Assembly (NCBI GenBank): GCA_965237405.1 | Contig: OZ250139.1 | Coordinates: 3,781,661-3,845,660, forward strand | Direction of reading: 5' to 3' | Source of the DNA: Vicinamibacterales bacterium | GTDB taxonomy: Bacteria > Acidobacteriota > Vicinamibacteria > Vicinamibacterales > UBA8438 | Length of the DNA stretch: 64,000 nt | Part shown: in pieces, positions 1 to 7,614 of the stretch | Numbering within the stretch: position 1 is the first letter of the stretch | How the letters are laid out: every line of letters starts with the position of its first letter | Notes under the pieces: model-generated | The model's input: only the letters and a program-made list of their open reading frames with translations | What the model was told of the DNA's origin: nothing | Database searches by the model: none | Program-made: the position numbers and the translations under genes

Positions 1-2
1 CG

Positions 3-419
3 GAGGATGTCTGGACGCCTTTGGTCGCGATTGCGGATGCGGCGGGCGACGAGTGGCCAGTATTGGCAAGACAGGCGGCGACCGAGCTGTCAGGCGAGGC
101 GAATCATCCTGATGGTGATGTCGGCGTGTTGTTGCTGCGAGACATCAAGTCGCTCTGGCCTGAGGGCCAAACGTTTCTTGCAACGGCGGAACTACTACGA
201 CACTTAAACAACTCGGACGAGCAACCGTGGCCGACATGGTGTCGCGGCCATGAGATGACTCCACATGCGCTGTCTCGGATTTTGAAAGAGTTCGGGATTA
301 AACCGACTTCGAACGGTCAGTTTCGCGGGTATCGACGTGTTGATTTTCAGGACGCCTTCATCCGACACAACGTCCTTGTGGGGGACGACCAAAGCGTCAA
401 AGCGTCAAACCCCTTATAA
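3..419 (+). CDS. DUF3631-like protein of an integrated/mobile element (5' end lies outside the window)
   Basis: The frame of ORF 21..419 is open to the window edge. The C-terminal stretch WPTWCRGHEMTPHALSRILKEFGIKPTSNGQFRGYRRVDFQDAF matches my memory of the conserved tail of DUF3631 proteins, which accompany primase/helicase modules of integrative elements. Confidence 0.55.
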   Translation, partial: EDVWTPLVAIADAAGDEWPVLARQAATELSGEANHPDGDVGVLLLRDIKSLWPEGQTFLATAELLRHLNNSDEQPWPTWCRGHEMTPHALSRILKEFGIKPTSNGQFRGYRRVDFQDAFIRHNVLVGDDQSVKASNPL

Positions 420-474
420 AGATTGGGCCAATAAACACAGCCCATTGACACTTTGACGCTTCGGTCCACGATCC

Positions 475-1620
475 CTAGCGGGCTGGTTGATTGGCCTGCT
501 GGCGGTCAGGCGGCATGACGGTAAGTGTCCATGAAACCGGGACCGACACCGGTTCGAAGCAGACCGCGTCGTCGCACGCCTGATAGTCGAGTTGCCCCGT
601 CAGGGTGATCACGTCGACATCGGCAAGCGCCTCGAGCGCTTCGGGCGACGCACCGACAACGGCCTCCTGAGTCAGTCGGAACGGTCGTTGATACACGGGT
701 ACTCGCTCGTCAAGCGGCTCGAAGTGGTAGATCTCCGAGGCGGGGTAGGCTGACGGCTCGGTCTGCACGAGTGGATTGTCTGCGAGACGAAGGGCGATCA
801 CGTAGTAGCCTAGATCGTCCGCGCCCGGCGCGTAGACATGAATGTTCGGATTTGGCTCAATGTCGAGCATCAACGCGATGCGACTGCCTGCCGAGACCTC
901 GGCATTGGTTTGGCTTGACGTGATCACCAGGTGTGGCGTCTCGCCTCTCGTACCCGACACCGGGTTGGTCTCGAGGCTCAGACGCAGCATAATGGTGGCG
1001 GCCGTGTTGCGCTCCCGGTAGAACTCTTCGAAGAACCGCGACGTCACCCGACCCTCGTTGTCGACGACAAACGTGCCGGGGAACGGCGTCCCCACGAGGA
1101 TTCGGTTCGCGCCGAAGACTGAGACGTAACGGGCAACGTCAGCCTTGACAGACGGGTCGTCAGCGTTGGCGCCCAGGCCCTCTTCCGCAACGGTATTCAG
1201 AATGCCGAACGCCCTGATCGCCGCTGAGTGCTCGTCGGAGAGTAGGGGATAGGTGATTCCCACTCGCTCGGCGAAGCTGGCGAGCACCTCTTCCGAGTCG
1301 AAGCTAATCGCAACGACGTTGAGGCCTTGTGCCTCGAGCGCCTCACGTTGTTCTTGCAGCTCCACGAGCTGCGCCTTGCAGTACGGTCACCAATCGGCCG
1401 AGCGATGAAAGACGATCATCGCACCGTTCGAGCCCAGGATCGACTCGCTGGTCCACACCGTGCCGTACTGATCGGGAAGTTTGAAGTCAGGGATCAACTC
1501 TCCGATCTGAGGTCCAAGCGAAGACACGTCGATCTGTTCGCGGGATTCCTGCATCAGAACTGGTGCGGGGCTGAACAGGGCCGCGAGCGCGCAAGCCAAT
1601 ATCACTCGTCGCATGCGCAT
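475..1620 (-). CDS. Secreted thioredoxin-fold redoxin (AhpC/TSA-like) fused to a DsbD-N-terminal-like domain; candidate selenoprotein with in-frame UGA at 1387..1389
   Basis: ORFs 1387..1650 and 475..1365 are in the same frame, separated only by TGA. The read-through gives FHRSADW-U-PYCKAQLVELQEQ, which is the W-C-P-Y-C redox motif with Sec/stop at the first Cys. The N-terminus MRMRRVILACALAALFS looks like a signal peptide. The C-terminal part (YQACDDAVCFEP) resembles the DsbD N-terminal domain. Start at 1620 or 1614 (ATG). Confidence 0.6.
1356..1372 (-). promoter_or_regulatory. Candidate bacterial SECIS hairpin (GCAGCUC-GUG-GAGCUGC)
   Basis: Perfect 7-bp stem starting 14 nt 3' of the UGA at 1387..1389. 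The apical GUG loop lies about 22-24 nt after the UGA. Confidence 0.4.
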
Positions 1621-1711
1621 GATGCTAGTCGAGTGGCTCGTTTTTTCCAACTACCACCACGCCGTCCACTCGGGCTGGAGACGCCCTGAGCTTGTCGTAG
1701 GCTCGAAAGTG

Positions 1712-1870
1712 ATGTCCCTCGGTGAGCAGGTGCAGTTCGTTGCTGGCCAGAAGTCGAAGTTAGGTGGTTCCAGAGTGGTACCACCTAACATGCCGCCTAC
1801 GCTCGCTGAGATGGGCATCGACAAGAAGACGTCGTCGCTCGCGCAGCGGTCGGAGGTGTCTCGATATTAG
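1712..1870 (+). CDS. Small phage/plasmid-type DNA-binding-like ORF or gene fragment
   Basis: The segment KLGGSRVVPPNMPPTLAEMGIDKKTSSLAQR resembles the '...TLaelGIskkqSSraQkLA' motif seen in small mobile-element proteins. The start is uncertain and this may be a remnant. Confidence 0.25.
   Translation: MSLGEQVQFVAGQKSKLGGSRVVPPNMPPTLAEMGIDKKTSSLAQRSEVSRY
1759..1789. repeat. 31-nt near-perfect palindrome GTTAGGTGGT-T-CCA-GAG-TGG-T-ACCACCTAAC
   Basis: Checked by hand: the 10-bp outer arms are perfect, with one T:T mismatch, then a 3-bp inner stem. Confidence 0.85.
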
Positions 1871-1892
1871 CGGTCGGAGGTGTCTCGATGTT
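1845..1892. repeat. Tandem direct repeat, 2 x 24 nt (AGCGGTCGGAGGTGTCTCGATRTT)
   Basis: Units 1845..1868 and 1869..1892 differ at one position (A/G). Confidence 0.9.
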
Positions 1893-1969
1893 ACAGGGTG
1901 GGTCAGCGTAGACGATGCGATATGGGTAACGCGGATTAGCGGATTAACAGTACTTCCACCACAGGAGGT

Positions 1970-2371
1970 CTACCACGGCCGCTTCACCGTGATCGCCGCC
2001 GCGACCTGAATACGTTCGGTGGCTCGCCCGACACTCCGGTCCACCAAACTATTCGCGGCACCGAGGCGAACCGCTTCGCTGGTGGCGTTGGTAACGAGAC
2101 TCTCAAGCTCGGCGACCGCACGTGGTGCCAAGTTCCGCAGGCGTAGCTCAGCCAACTCGACAGCCGCAGCAGCCTTAGCCAGGGCCTGTGGACTCGACCC
2201 GCCGTGGTTCCGACAGACTCGCTGACCTCTTCTCGCGAACTTGTTACAGGGCGCCCCAGCGCGGTTATGTCCGATGCAGAGGCGAGGGTCACGTGGCTGG
2301 ATGTCTGTCACTTCCATGGGGTCACCTGTCTTCATGGGGTCACCTTCATTGAAACGGAAAATGGCGCTCAT
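1970..2371 (-). CDS. Hypothetical protein with a Cys/His-rich motif (CIGHNRAGAPCNKFARRGQRVCRNHGG), probably mobile-element associated
   Basis: 133-aa ORF. The C-x(n)-C...C-x-x-HGG arrangement suggests a small zinc-binding motif, followed by an Ala-rich helical tail. No family was confidently recognised. Confidence 0.45.
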   Translation of the reverse strand: MSAIFRFNEGDPMKTGDPMEVTDIQPRDPRLCIGHNRAGAPCNKFARRGQRVCRNHGGSSPQALAKAAAAVELAELRLRNLAPRAVAELESLVTNATSEAVRLGAANSLVDRSVGRATERIQVAAAITVKRPW

Positions 2372-2420
2372 GTGATGCGGTCGCCTATATAGATGTTAGA
2401 GACCTCGTTGCGGTTTTTGG
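2351..2420. repeat. Direct repeat copy A (promoter plus first codons MSAIFRF of ORF 1970..2371)
   Basis: Manual alignment with 4804..4873 gives 61 of 70 positions identical, in the same orientation. Confidence 0.85.
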
Positions 2421-2545
2421 ATCCGTTCAAAGCGCCGGACGGTGCTAAGCACCACAGGATTTCAAGGTCCGTGGTTACCATGCGGTCTCCATCGAATCGT
2501 ACCAGCGGACCGTCGCCGGCGCTGACTATCTGCTGGTCGTTTGCC

Positions 2546-4678
2546 CTACTCGGCGCGCGGCAGTGCGAAGGCGATGAGCCGTGGGCCGCCGCCGACCGTG
2601 AGCGCGATGTACTGGCGGTCGTCGACCATGTAGGTCATCGGCGTCCCGATGGCCCCGCTTGGTAAATCAATTGACGCCAACTCGTTGCCGCTGGTTTTGT
2701 CGTACGCGACCAGGCGCGGGCCATTGTTCGTGCCGCCGGCTGTAAGGCAGTACAGCAGGAGCGTCTTCGTTAACAGAGGGCCATTGGAACCGTTGTCCCC
2801 ACCAAGTGGTGGTAGATTGAGATGCCGCAAGCGGGGGTGGTTACGGTAGCGATTCCCGTCACCGGTGGGAACCCACCAGAGGTGCTCGCCGGTGTTCATG
2901 TCAATCGCGGTGATCCGCGAGTAGGGCGGTTTCAGCAGGGGTAGCCCCTGTGGCATTCGCGGGCCGATGCTCGTGTACATCGTGGGGCGCCCGGCCAGGA
3001 TGTCCGCCTCTGGCGCGCCGTGCGTGTAGTCGACGGTGGCTCCGAGCGCCGGGTCAGGCGTGTATATCCCCACGACCTGGGCTTGGTTGCGTGACGGAAT
3101 GTAGAGGATGCCGGTTTCCGGGTCCATCGCGGCACCGCCCCAACCGACCGTGCCCCCGGTCGGCGGACGCATGACCGTGCCTCGCGTTACGCCCTCGACC
3201 GGACGATCCAGCGGTGTGAAGAGCGGACCCAGTCGGAACCCCTCGACGGCTTTTACCGCCATCTCTCGAATCTCAGGCGTGAAATCGACTAGGTCGTCAA
3301 GCATGACTCCCTGGTAGTCGAACGGCGCCGGTTTTGTCGGAAACGGTTGCGTGGGTGCCGGCACGTCACCTGGGATGTTGGTCTCTTGCGGAACGGGTCG
3401 TTCCTCGATTGGCCAGATGGGTTCGCCCGTGACTCGGTCGAACGCGTAGACGAAGCCTTGCTTGCTGACCTGGGCGATCGCCTTGATCTCCCGTCCGTCG
3501 ACGGTGACGTCGACCAAATTAGGATGGGTCGCGAAGTCGTAGTCCCAGAGCCCATGGTGGACAGCCTGGAAATGCCACAGCCGCTGGCCGGTCTCGACGT
3601 CGACGGCGATCAGCGTCTCCGAAAAGAGGTTGTCCCCAATCCGATCGGACCCGATGAAGTCGTTCGTGGTCGTTCCGGTCGGCAGGTATACATGTCCGAG
3701 CTCATTGTCTCCGCCGAGCATCCCCCAGACGTTCGCATTCCCCGAGTAGCGCCACGAGTCGTTGAGCCAGGTCTCGACACCGAATTCGTCGGTGCTGTTC
3801 GGGACGGTGTGAAAGTCCCAGGCGTGCTCACCGGTTCGGACGTCCCAGGCACGAACCCAGCCGGGCACCGCTTCCTTCGTGATGCGGCGGTCGGCGACCT
3901 GCGACCCGTGGATGACTTTGTCCCGGACGACGATCGGCGCAGAGAAGATGCCCCAGAGCATGGCGTTCAGATAGTCGCGATCCGCCCGATTGGCCCGCGG
4001 AAGACCGAGGGTCGTGTCGACCATGCCACTGCCGTTAGGACCGAAGTCGGAGCACGGCTGACCGGTCTTCGCCTCGACACAGACGAGGTATCCGGCCCCG
4101 GTGCCCCAGAGGATCCGTTCGTCGTCCAGTCCATCGGTCCAATAGGCGACACCCCGCGCATTCCAGGGCCCGCTCATCGGTGGGGTCCCCTCCTCGTACC
4201 CCTTCGGGTTGAAGACCCAGAGTGTCTCGCCGGTTGTCGCGTCGACTGCGACCCCCTGCCCGAGAGGCGTGTTGAAATAGAGGACGCCACCGACCATGAG
4301 CGGCGTGGCCGTTAGGCGTGATGCAAGCGGCGGGTGACCGGGTCTGTAGAGCTCGGGGTTTTCTTCGACGAGCGATTCGACGATGGTGTCGAGTGGCGCT
4401 GACCACTCACCACCGCCGGGGGTTGATCGGCTGATCAGCGTGTCGACCGATGTCCACTCCCAGGCTATTTCTAGGTCTGCGAAATTACTCGCGCCGATTT
4501 GATCGAGCGGGGAGTACTTCTTCCCACCGATGTCCCCCGCGTAGCTGCGCCACTCCCCATTCGACGTGTCGTAGGTTTGCCAGGGGCCCTGGGAGCCTCC
4601 CGGTTGCGCCTGTGCCACCGGGGCGACGGCTAACAGCGTGAGAGTAAGAAGGACACTGAGCGAGAGAAATCTATGCAT
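2546..4678 (-). CDS. PQQ-dependent (quinoprotein) dehydrogenase, secreted
   Basis: Beta-propeller quinoprotein hallmarks: WRSYAGDIGGKKYSPLDQI, GTVGWGGAAMDPETGILYIP and a repeated W-motif architecture. The signal peptide MHRFLSLSVLLTLTLLAVAPVAQA favours the ATG at 4678 over 4732. Confidence 0.85.
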   Translation of the reverse strand: MHRFLSLSVLLTLTLLAVAPVAQAQPGGSQGPWQTYDTSNGEWRSYAGDIGGKKYSPLDQIGASNFADLEIAWEWTSVDTLISRSTPGGGEWSAPLDTIVESLVEENPELYRPGHPPLASRLTATPLMVGGVLYFNTPLGQGVAVDATTGETLWVFNPKGYEEGTPPMSGPWNARGVAYWTDGLDDERILWGTGAGYLVCVEAKTGQPCSDFGPNGSGMVDTTLGLPRANRADRDYLNAMLWGIFSAPIVVRDKVIHGSQVADRRITKEAVPGWVRAWDVRTGEHAWDFHTVPNSTDEFGVETWLNDSWRYSGNANVWGMLGGDNELGHVYLPTGTTTNDFIGSDRIGDNLFSETLIAVDVETGQRLWHFQAVHHGLWDYDFATHPNLVDVTVDGREIKAIAQVSKQGFVYAFDRVTGEPIWPIEERPVPQETNIPGDVPAPTQPFPTKPAPFDYQGVMLDDLVDFTPEIREMAVKAVEGFRLGPLFTPLDRPVEGVTRGTVMRPPTGGTVGWGGAAMDPETGILYIPSRNQAQVVGIYTPDPALGATVDYTHGAPEADILAGRPTMYTSIGPRMPQGLPLLKPPYSRITAIDMNTGEHLWWVPTGDGNRYRNHPRLRHLNLPPLGGDNGSNGPLLTKTLLLYCLTAGGTNNGPRLVAYDKTSGNELASIDLPSGAIGTPMTYMVDDRQYIALTVGGGPRLIAFALPRAE

Positions 4679-4803
4679 AGAAGAACCCCGTTTCCAGGCG
4701 GCCTTCATCGAATCGTACCATGCGGCCACCATCGAATCATCATAATCTGGGTGTGTGCGGGGGTACCGTTGGGGACACCAAACTAGATCGAATCGTCTCC
4801 ATC

Positions 4804-4873
4804 AAAACGAAAAATGGCGCTCATGTGATGCGGTCGGCTATATAGATATTCGCGACCCCGCCGCGGTTTTTGG
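4804..4873. repeat. Direct repeat copy B (with a 13-codon remnant ORF MSAIFRFDGDDSI, 4783..4824 minus strand)
   Basis: See copy A. This copy keeps the same ATG context but stops after 13 codons. Confidence 0.85.
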
Positions 4874-4894
4874 TTCCTGAGGAAATCGACCGAG

Positions 4895-4920
4895 CAAAAA
4901 AGGCTGACCGGGGGTCGGCT
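4895..4920 (-). terminator. Possible intrinsic terminator downstream of tRNA-Arg
   Basis: Minus strand reads AGCCGACCCCCGGUCAGCC followed by UUUUUU. The stem has one C.A mismatch. Confidence 0.4.
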
Positions 4921-5022
4921 TACCGGGGCCTAAAAGCCACCGAAGTGTGTTGGGGTAGCCACAAAATCCGCCACATTTTTGGTGCCCACTACGACACGGA
5001 AGCAAAAAACCCCTGCAAAGAC

Positions 5023-5099
5023 TGGCGCGCCCTGCAGGACTCGAACCTGCGACCTCCTGGTTCGTAGCCAGACGCTCTATCCAGCTGAGCTAAGGGCGC
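5023..5099 (-). tRNA. tRNA-Arg (anticodon ACG), CCA encoded
   Basis: Folded by hand. Acceptor GCGCCCU/AGGGCGC; D-arm GCUC-AGCUGGAUA-GAGC; anticodon arm UCUGG-CUACGAA-CCAGG; T-arm GCAGG-UUCGAGU-CCUGC; discriminator G then CCA. Confidence 0.95.
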
Positions 5100-5233
5100 C
5101 AAAGACCGCCTACACGAAAGTAGGCGGCCACGGGTTCAAGAGTATATCAGGAAGCCTACAGAGCCCCGCGAACGAGACCATGAGGTTCACACCCTGACCC
5201 ACGCAAGCCGCCGCCGCTGACTATAATCGCGGC

Positions 5234-5737
5234 ATGAGCCACACGGCGCACCGTCAAGCTAGCGTGAAGACGACGCAGTGCTACGTCCTGACAATCAGCG
5301 ATACGCGAACCGACGACGACGACACGAGTGGCCGCGCCATCGTCGATTTGTTGACCGAAGGCGGACATCGGGTCGTTGGTAAATCGATCGTGCCAGACGA
5401 GCCTGAGCGCGTGCGACAGGTCGTCGAAGACCAGTTAGCCAGAAGTGACGTGCAAGTCCTGATCACGACGGGCGGTACCGGTATTAGTTCGCGGGATAGA
5501 ACATACGAGACGATCACCGGCCTGATCGATAAGCGAATTGACGGGTTCGGCGAGTTGTTTCGAGCGCTGAGCTATCAGGAGGTCGGAACCGCGGCGATGT
5601 TGAGCCGAGCCGTCGCCGGGACCGCACGCGGTAAAATCGTCATCAGTGTTCCGGGATCGGAAAACGCCGTCCGACTCGCAATTTCCAGGCTCGTGCTTCC
5701 TGAAATCGGCCACCTCGTGCGAGAGGCGGCTCGATGA
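5234..5737 (+). CDS. moaB: Molybdenum cofactor biosynthesis protein B (MoaB/MogA family)
   Basis: MoCF-biosynthesis fold motifs: ISDTR..., LITTGGTGISSRD, VISVPGSENAV. Overlaps moeA by 4 nt. Confidence 0.85.
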   Translation: MSHTAHRQASVKTTQCYVLTISDTRTDDDDTSGRAIVDLLTEGGHRVVGKSIVPDEPERVRQVVEDQLARSDVQVLITTGGTGISSRDRTYETITGLIDKRIDGFGELFRALSYQEVGTAAMLSRAVAGTARGKIVISVPGSENAVRLAISRLVLPEIGHLVREAAR

Positions 5738-6987
5738 CGAGCCAGACGACGGCCAACCGATCCCAGATGCATCTGATCCGCAAAACCATCCCGCTCGAGG
5801 ATGCGCGAGCCATCATCGACAAAGCGGTCGTTCCGCTCACGCGGACGACCCGAGTCGAGCTGAGCGGAGCCGGCGGGCGCGTGCTGGCGTCGACGGTGAC
5901 CGCGACCCAGGACGTTCCGCCCTTCAACCGCGCGGCGATGGACGGCTACGCCGTCATTGCCGAAGACACGTTCGGTGCGAGCCGGCACGAGCCGCGCATG
6001 CTGCATCGCGTCGAGACCGTCCATACCGGAAATGTGCCGACCGTCCCTCTCGCGGCTGGACAGTGCACAGAGATCGCCACCGGCGCACCGATGCCGGACG
6101 GCGCCGACGCTGTCGTCATGGTCGAAGAAACGGAACGAGTCACCGGTGACCGCGATCTCGCCGAAATCAGAATTCTGACCCCCGTCTACCCCAAGCAGCA
6201 CGTGGGACGCCGCGGGGCCGACATCCGCACGGGCGACGCAGTGCTTGAACGCGGTGACGTACTGACCCCGAGTCGGATTGGCGCAATCGCAGCGCTGGGG
6301 CTTGCCGACGTCGAGGTGTTCGACAAGCCGACGGTCGCCATTCTGTCAACCGGAAACGAGATCATCGATCCAGGGCGCTCACTCGGTCCCGGACAGATCT
6401 ACGACATCAACCGGTACACCTTGGCTTCGGTGATCCAAGAACACGGTGGCGTCGACGTTGGTTATCCTACGGCCGGCGACTCGATTGATGCGCTCGAAGC
6501 CGCTGTCGACGCGTGTCTGGCGCATGACGTGCTCGTGTTCTCCGGGGGAAGCTCCGTCGGTGAGCGCGACCTGACACTCGATGTCCTCGAACGCTCGGGG
6601 GAGGTATTATTTCACGGGATCGCGGTCAAACCGGGCAAGCCAACCGTGTTCGGTCGTATCGGCACAACACCCATGCTCGGAATGCCTGGCTATCCGACAT
6701 CCTGCCTTTCGAATGCCTACATGCTCCTTGTGCCCTTGCTCCGAAAGATGGCTAATCTGCCACCCCATCGCGTCGTTGCCGTCTCGGTTCCGGCCGCACA
6801 GCGCTTCGTGTCGACGACCGGACGTCACCAGTTCTATACGGTGCGCGTCATCGATGGTACCGCCGTCGCGGCGTTCAAAGCTTCGGGCGACATTACCAGC
6901 ATGTCGCGGGCTGACGGTTACATCGAGATCCCTGCTCAAACCGATATCGTGGAGAAGGGGGAAATGGTGGAGGTGAAGTTCTTCTAG
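5734..6987 (+). CDS. moeA: Molybdopterin molybdenumtransferase MoeA
   Basis: 417 aa with typical MoeA segments: PPFNRAAMDGYAV, ILSTGNEI, VFSGGSSVGERD, GIAVKPGKP. Confidence 0.9.
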   Translation: MTSQTTANRSQMHLIRKTIPLEDARAIIDKAVVPLTRTTRVELSGAGGRVLASTVTATQDVPPFNRAAMDGYAVIAEDTFGASRHEPRMLHRVETVHTGNVPTVPLAAGQCTEIATGAPMPDGADAVVMVEETERVTGDRDLAEIRILTPVYPKQHVGRRGADIRTGDAVLERGDVLTPSRIGAIAALGLADVEVFDKPTVAILSTGNEIIDPGRSLGPGQIYDINRYTLASVIQEHGGVDVGYPTAGDSIDALEAAVDACLAHDVLVFSGGSSVGERDLTLDVLERSGEVLFHGIAVKPGKPTVFGRIGTTPMLGMPGYPTSCLSNAYMLLVPLLRKMANLPPHRVVAVSVPAAQRFVSTTGRHQFYTVRVIDGTAVAAFKASGDITSMSRADGYIEIPAQTDIVEKGEMVEVKFF

Positions 6988-6994
6988 GGAACAA

Positions 6995-7087
6995 ATAGGA
7001 GATAGGAGATAACGGGTGACCTTCGGGTACTTCTAGAAACGATTAGTGGTCCTCCGATTCCCTTCTACTTCCTATCTTCCTTTCTCC
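6995..7087. repeat. GGAG/CTCC-armed intergenic repeat element, copy 1 (imperfect arms)
   Basis: Purine-rich left arm GGAGATAGGAGATAA, core GGTGAC...TCTAGAA, pyrimidine-rich right arm TTCCTATCTTCCTTTCTCC. The right arm runs into the 3' end of ORF 7065..7559. Confidence 0.6.
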
Positions 7088-7559
7088 TTTGTTTCTTGCT
7101 CTTCTCCACCTCCCTAGCCCACTCCAACTCGAGTTCGTCGGCGGTGGCTAAATCGAAGAGTGGCGCGGTGTGCGTGTGCCTTCCCCTAAACTCAGTGTGA
7201 CATCGATAGCACACGGTGAGGTCGTTGAGTCTTCCATACACGACCAAATCAATCAGGGCCGCAAGACCCAGCACCGCGTAGGCGATCAGGTCGAACCCAA
7301 ACCAATAAAACGCGACACTGATCAAACCGCCGATAATCACGACGGTCAGCCCTAACTTCGGGTCGAAATCCTTGCGGACGTAAAAGTCGGTGCCCTTGCA
7401 CTGGGGACATACATCGACCGTTCGGCAGGCGCGGAGGCCTTCCGTCACGATTAGCGGGATCGCTTGCTGACAGCCACCGCACGTCACCCTCGCGGGCGGG
7501 CTCGCCGCCTCGAACGGAAGCGCGCTGTTGCATTCCGGACACTTGAGGGTGATTCTCAT
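7065..7559 (-). CDS. Hypothetical membrane protein with two N-terminal zinc-ribbon-like CxxC pairs
   Basis: CPECN...CGGC and CPQC...CYRC motifs flank two predicted TM helices. The Lys/Arg-rich tail is encoded by the repeat arm. Confidence 0.55.
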   Translation of the reverse strand: MRITLKCPECNSALPFEAASPPARVTCGGCQQAIPLIVTEGLRACRTVDVCPQCKGTDFYVRKDFDPKLGLTVVIIGGLISVAFYWFGFDLIAYAVLGLAALIDLVVYGRLNDLTVCYRCHTEFRGRHTHTAPLFDLATADELELEWAREVEKSKKQRRKEDRK

Positions 7560-7614
7560 TAGGCCACCCTATTTCTCCTAGCTCTTAGCTCATGCCTCCT
7601 GACTCCTTGAGTAA

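Noticed and set aside
1845-1892. Tandem repeats checked as a possible CRISPR array; the GGAG-rich repeats at 8436..8460 were checked as well
   Set aside because: There are only two adjacent units with no spacers, and no cas genes in the window. These are not CRISPR arrays.
5100-5233. Moco riboswitch upstream of moaB-moeA; also the hairpin CCGCCTAC-ACGAAA-GTAGGCGG (5106..5127) and a TATAAT (5219..5224) only 9 nt before the moaB ATG
   Set aside because: The region is too short and lacks the conserved Moco-motif elements. The hairpin lies 7 nt upstream of the mature tRNA 5' end and is more likely part of the tRNA leader/promoter region. A leaderless moaB transcript is possible but unsupported without a -35 element or 5'-end data.
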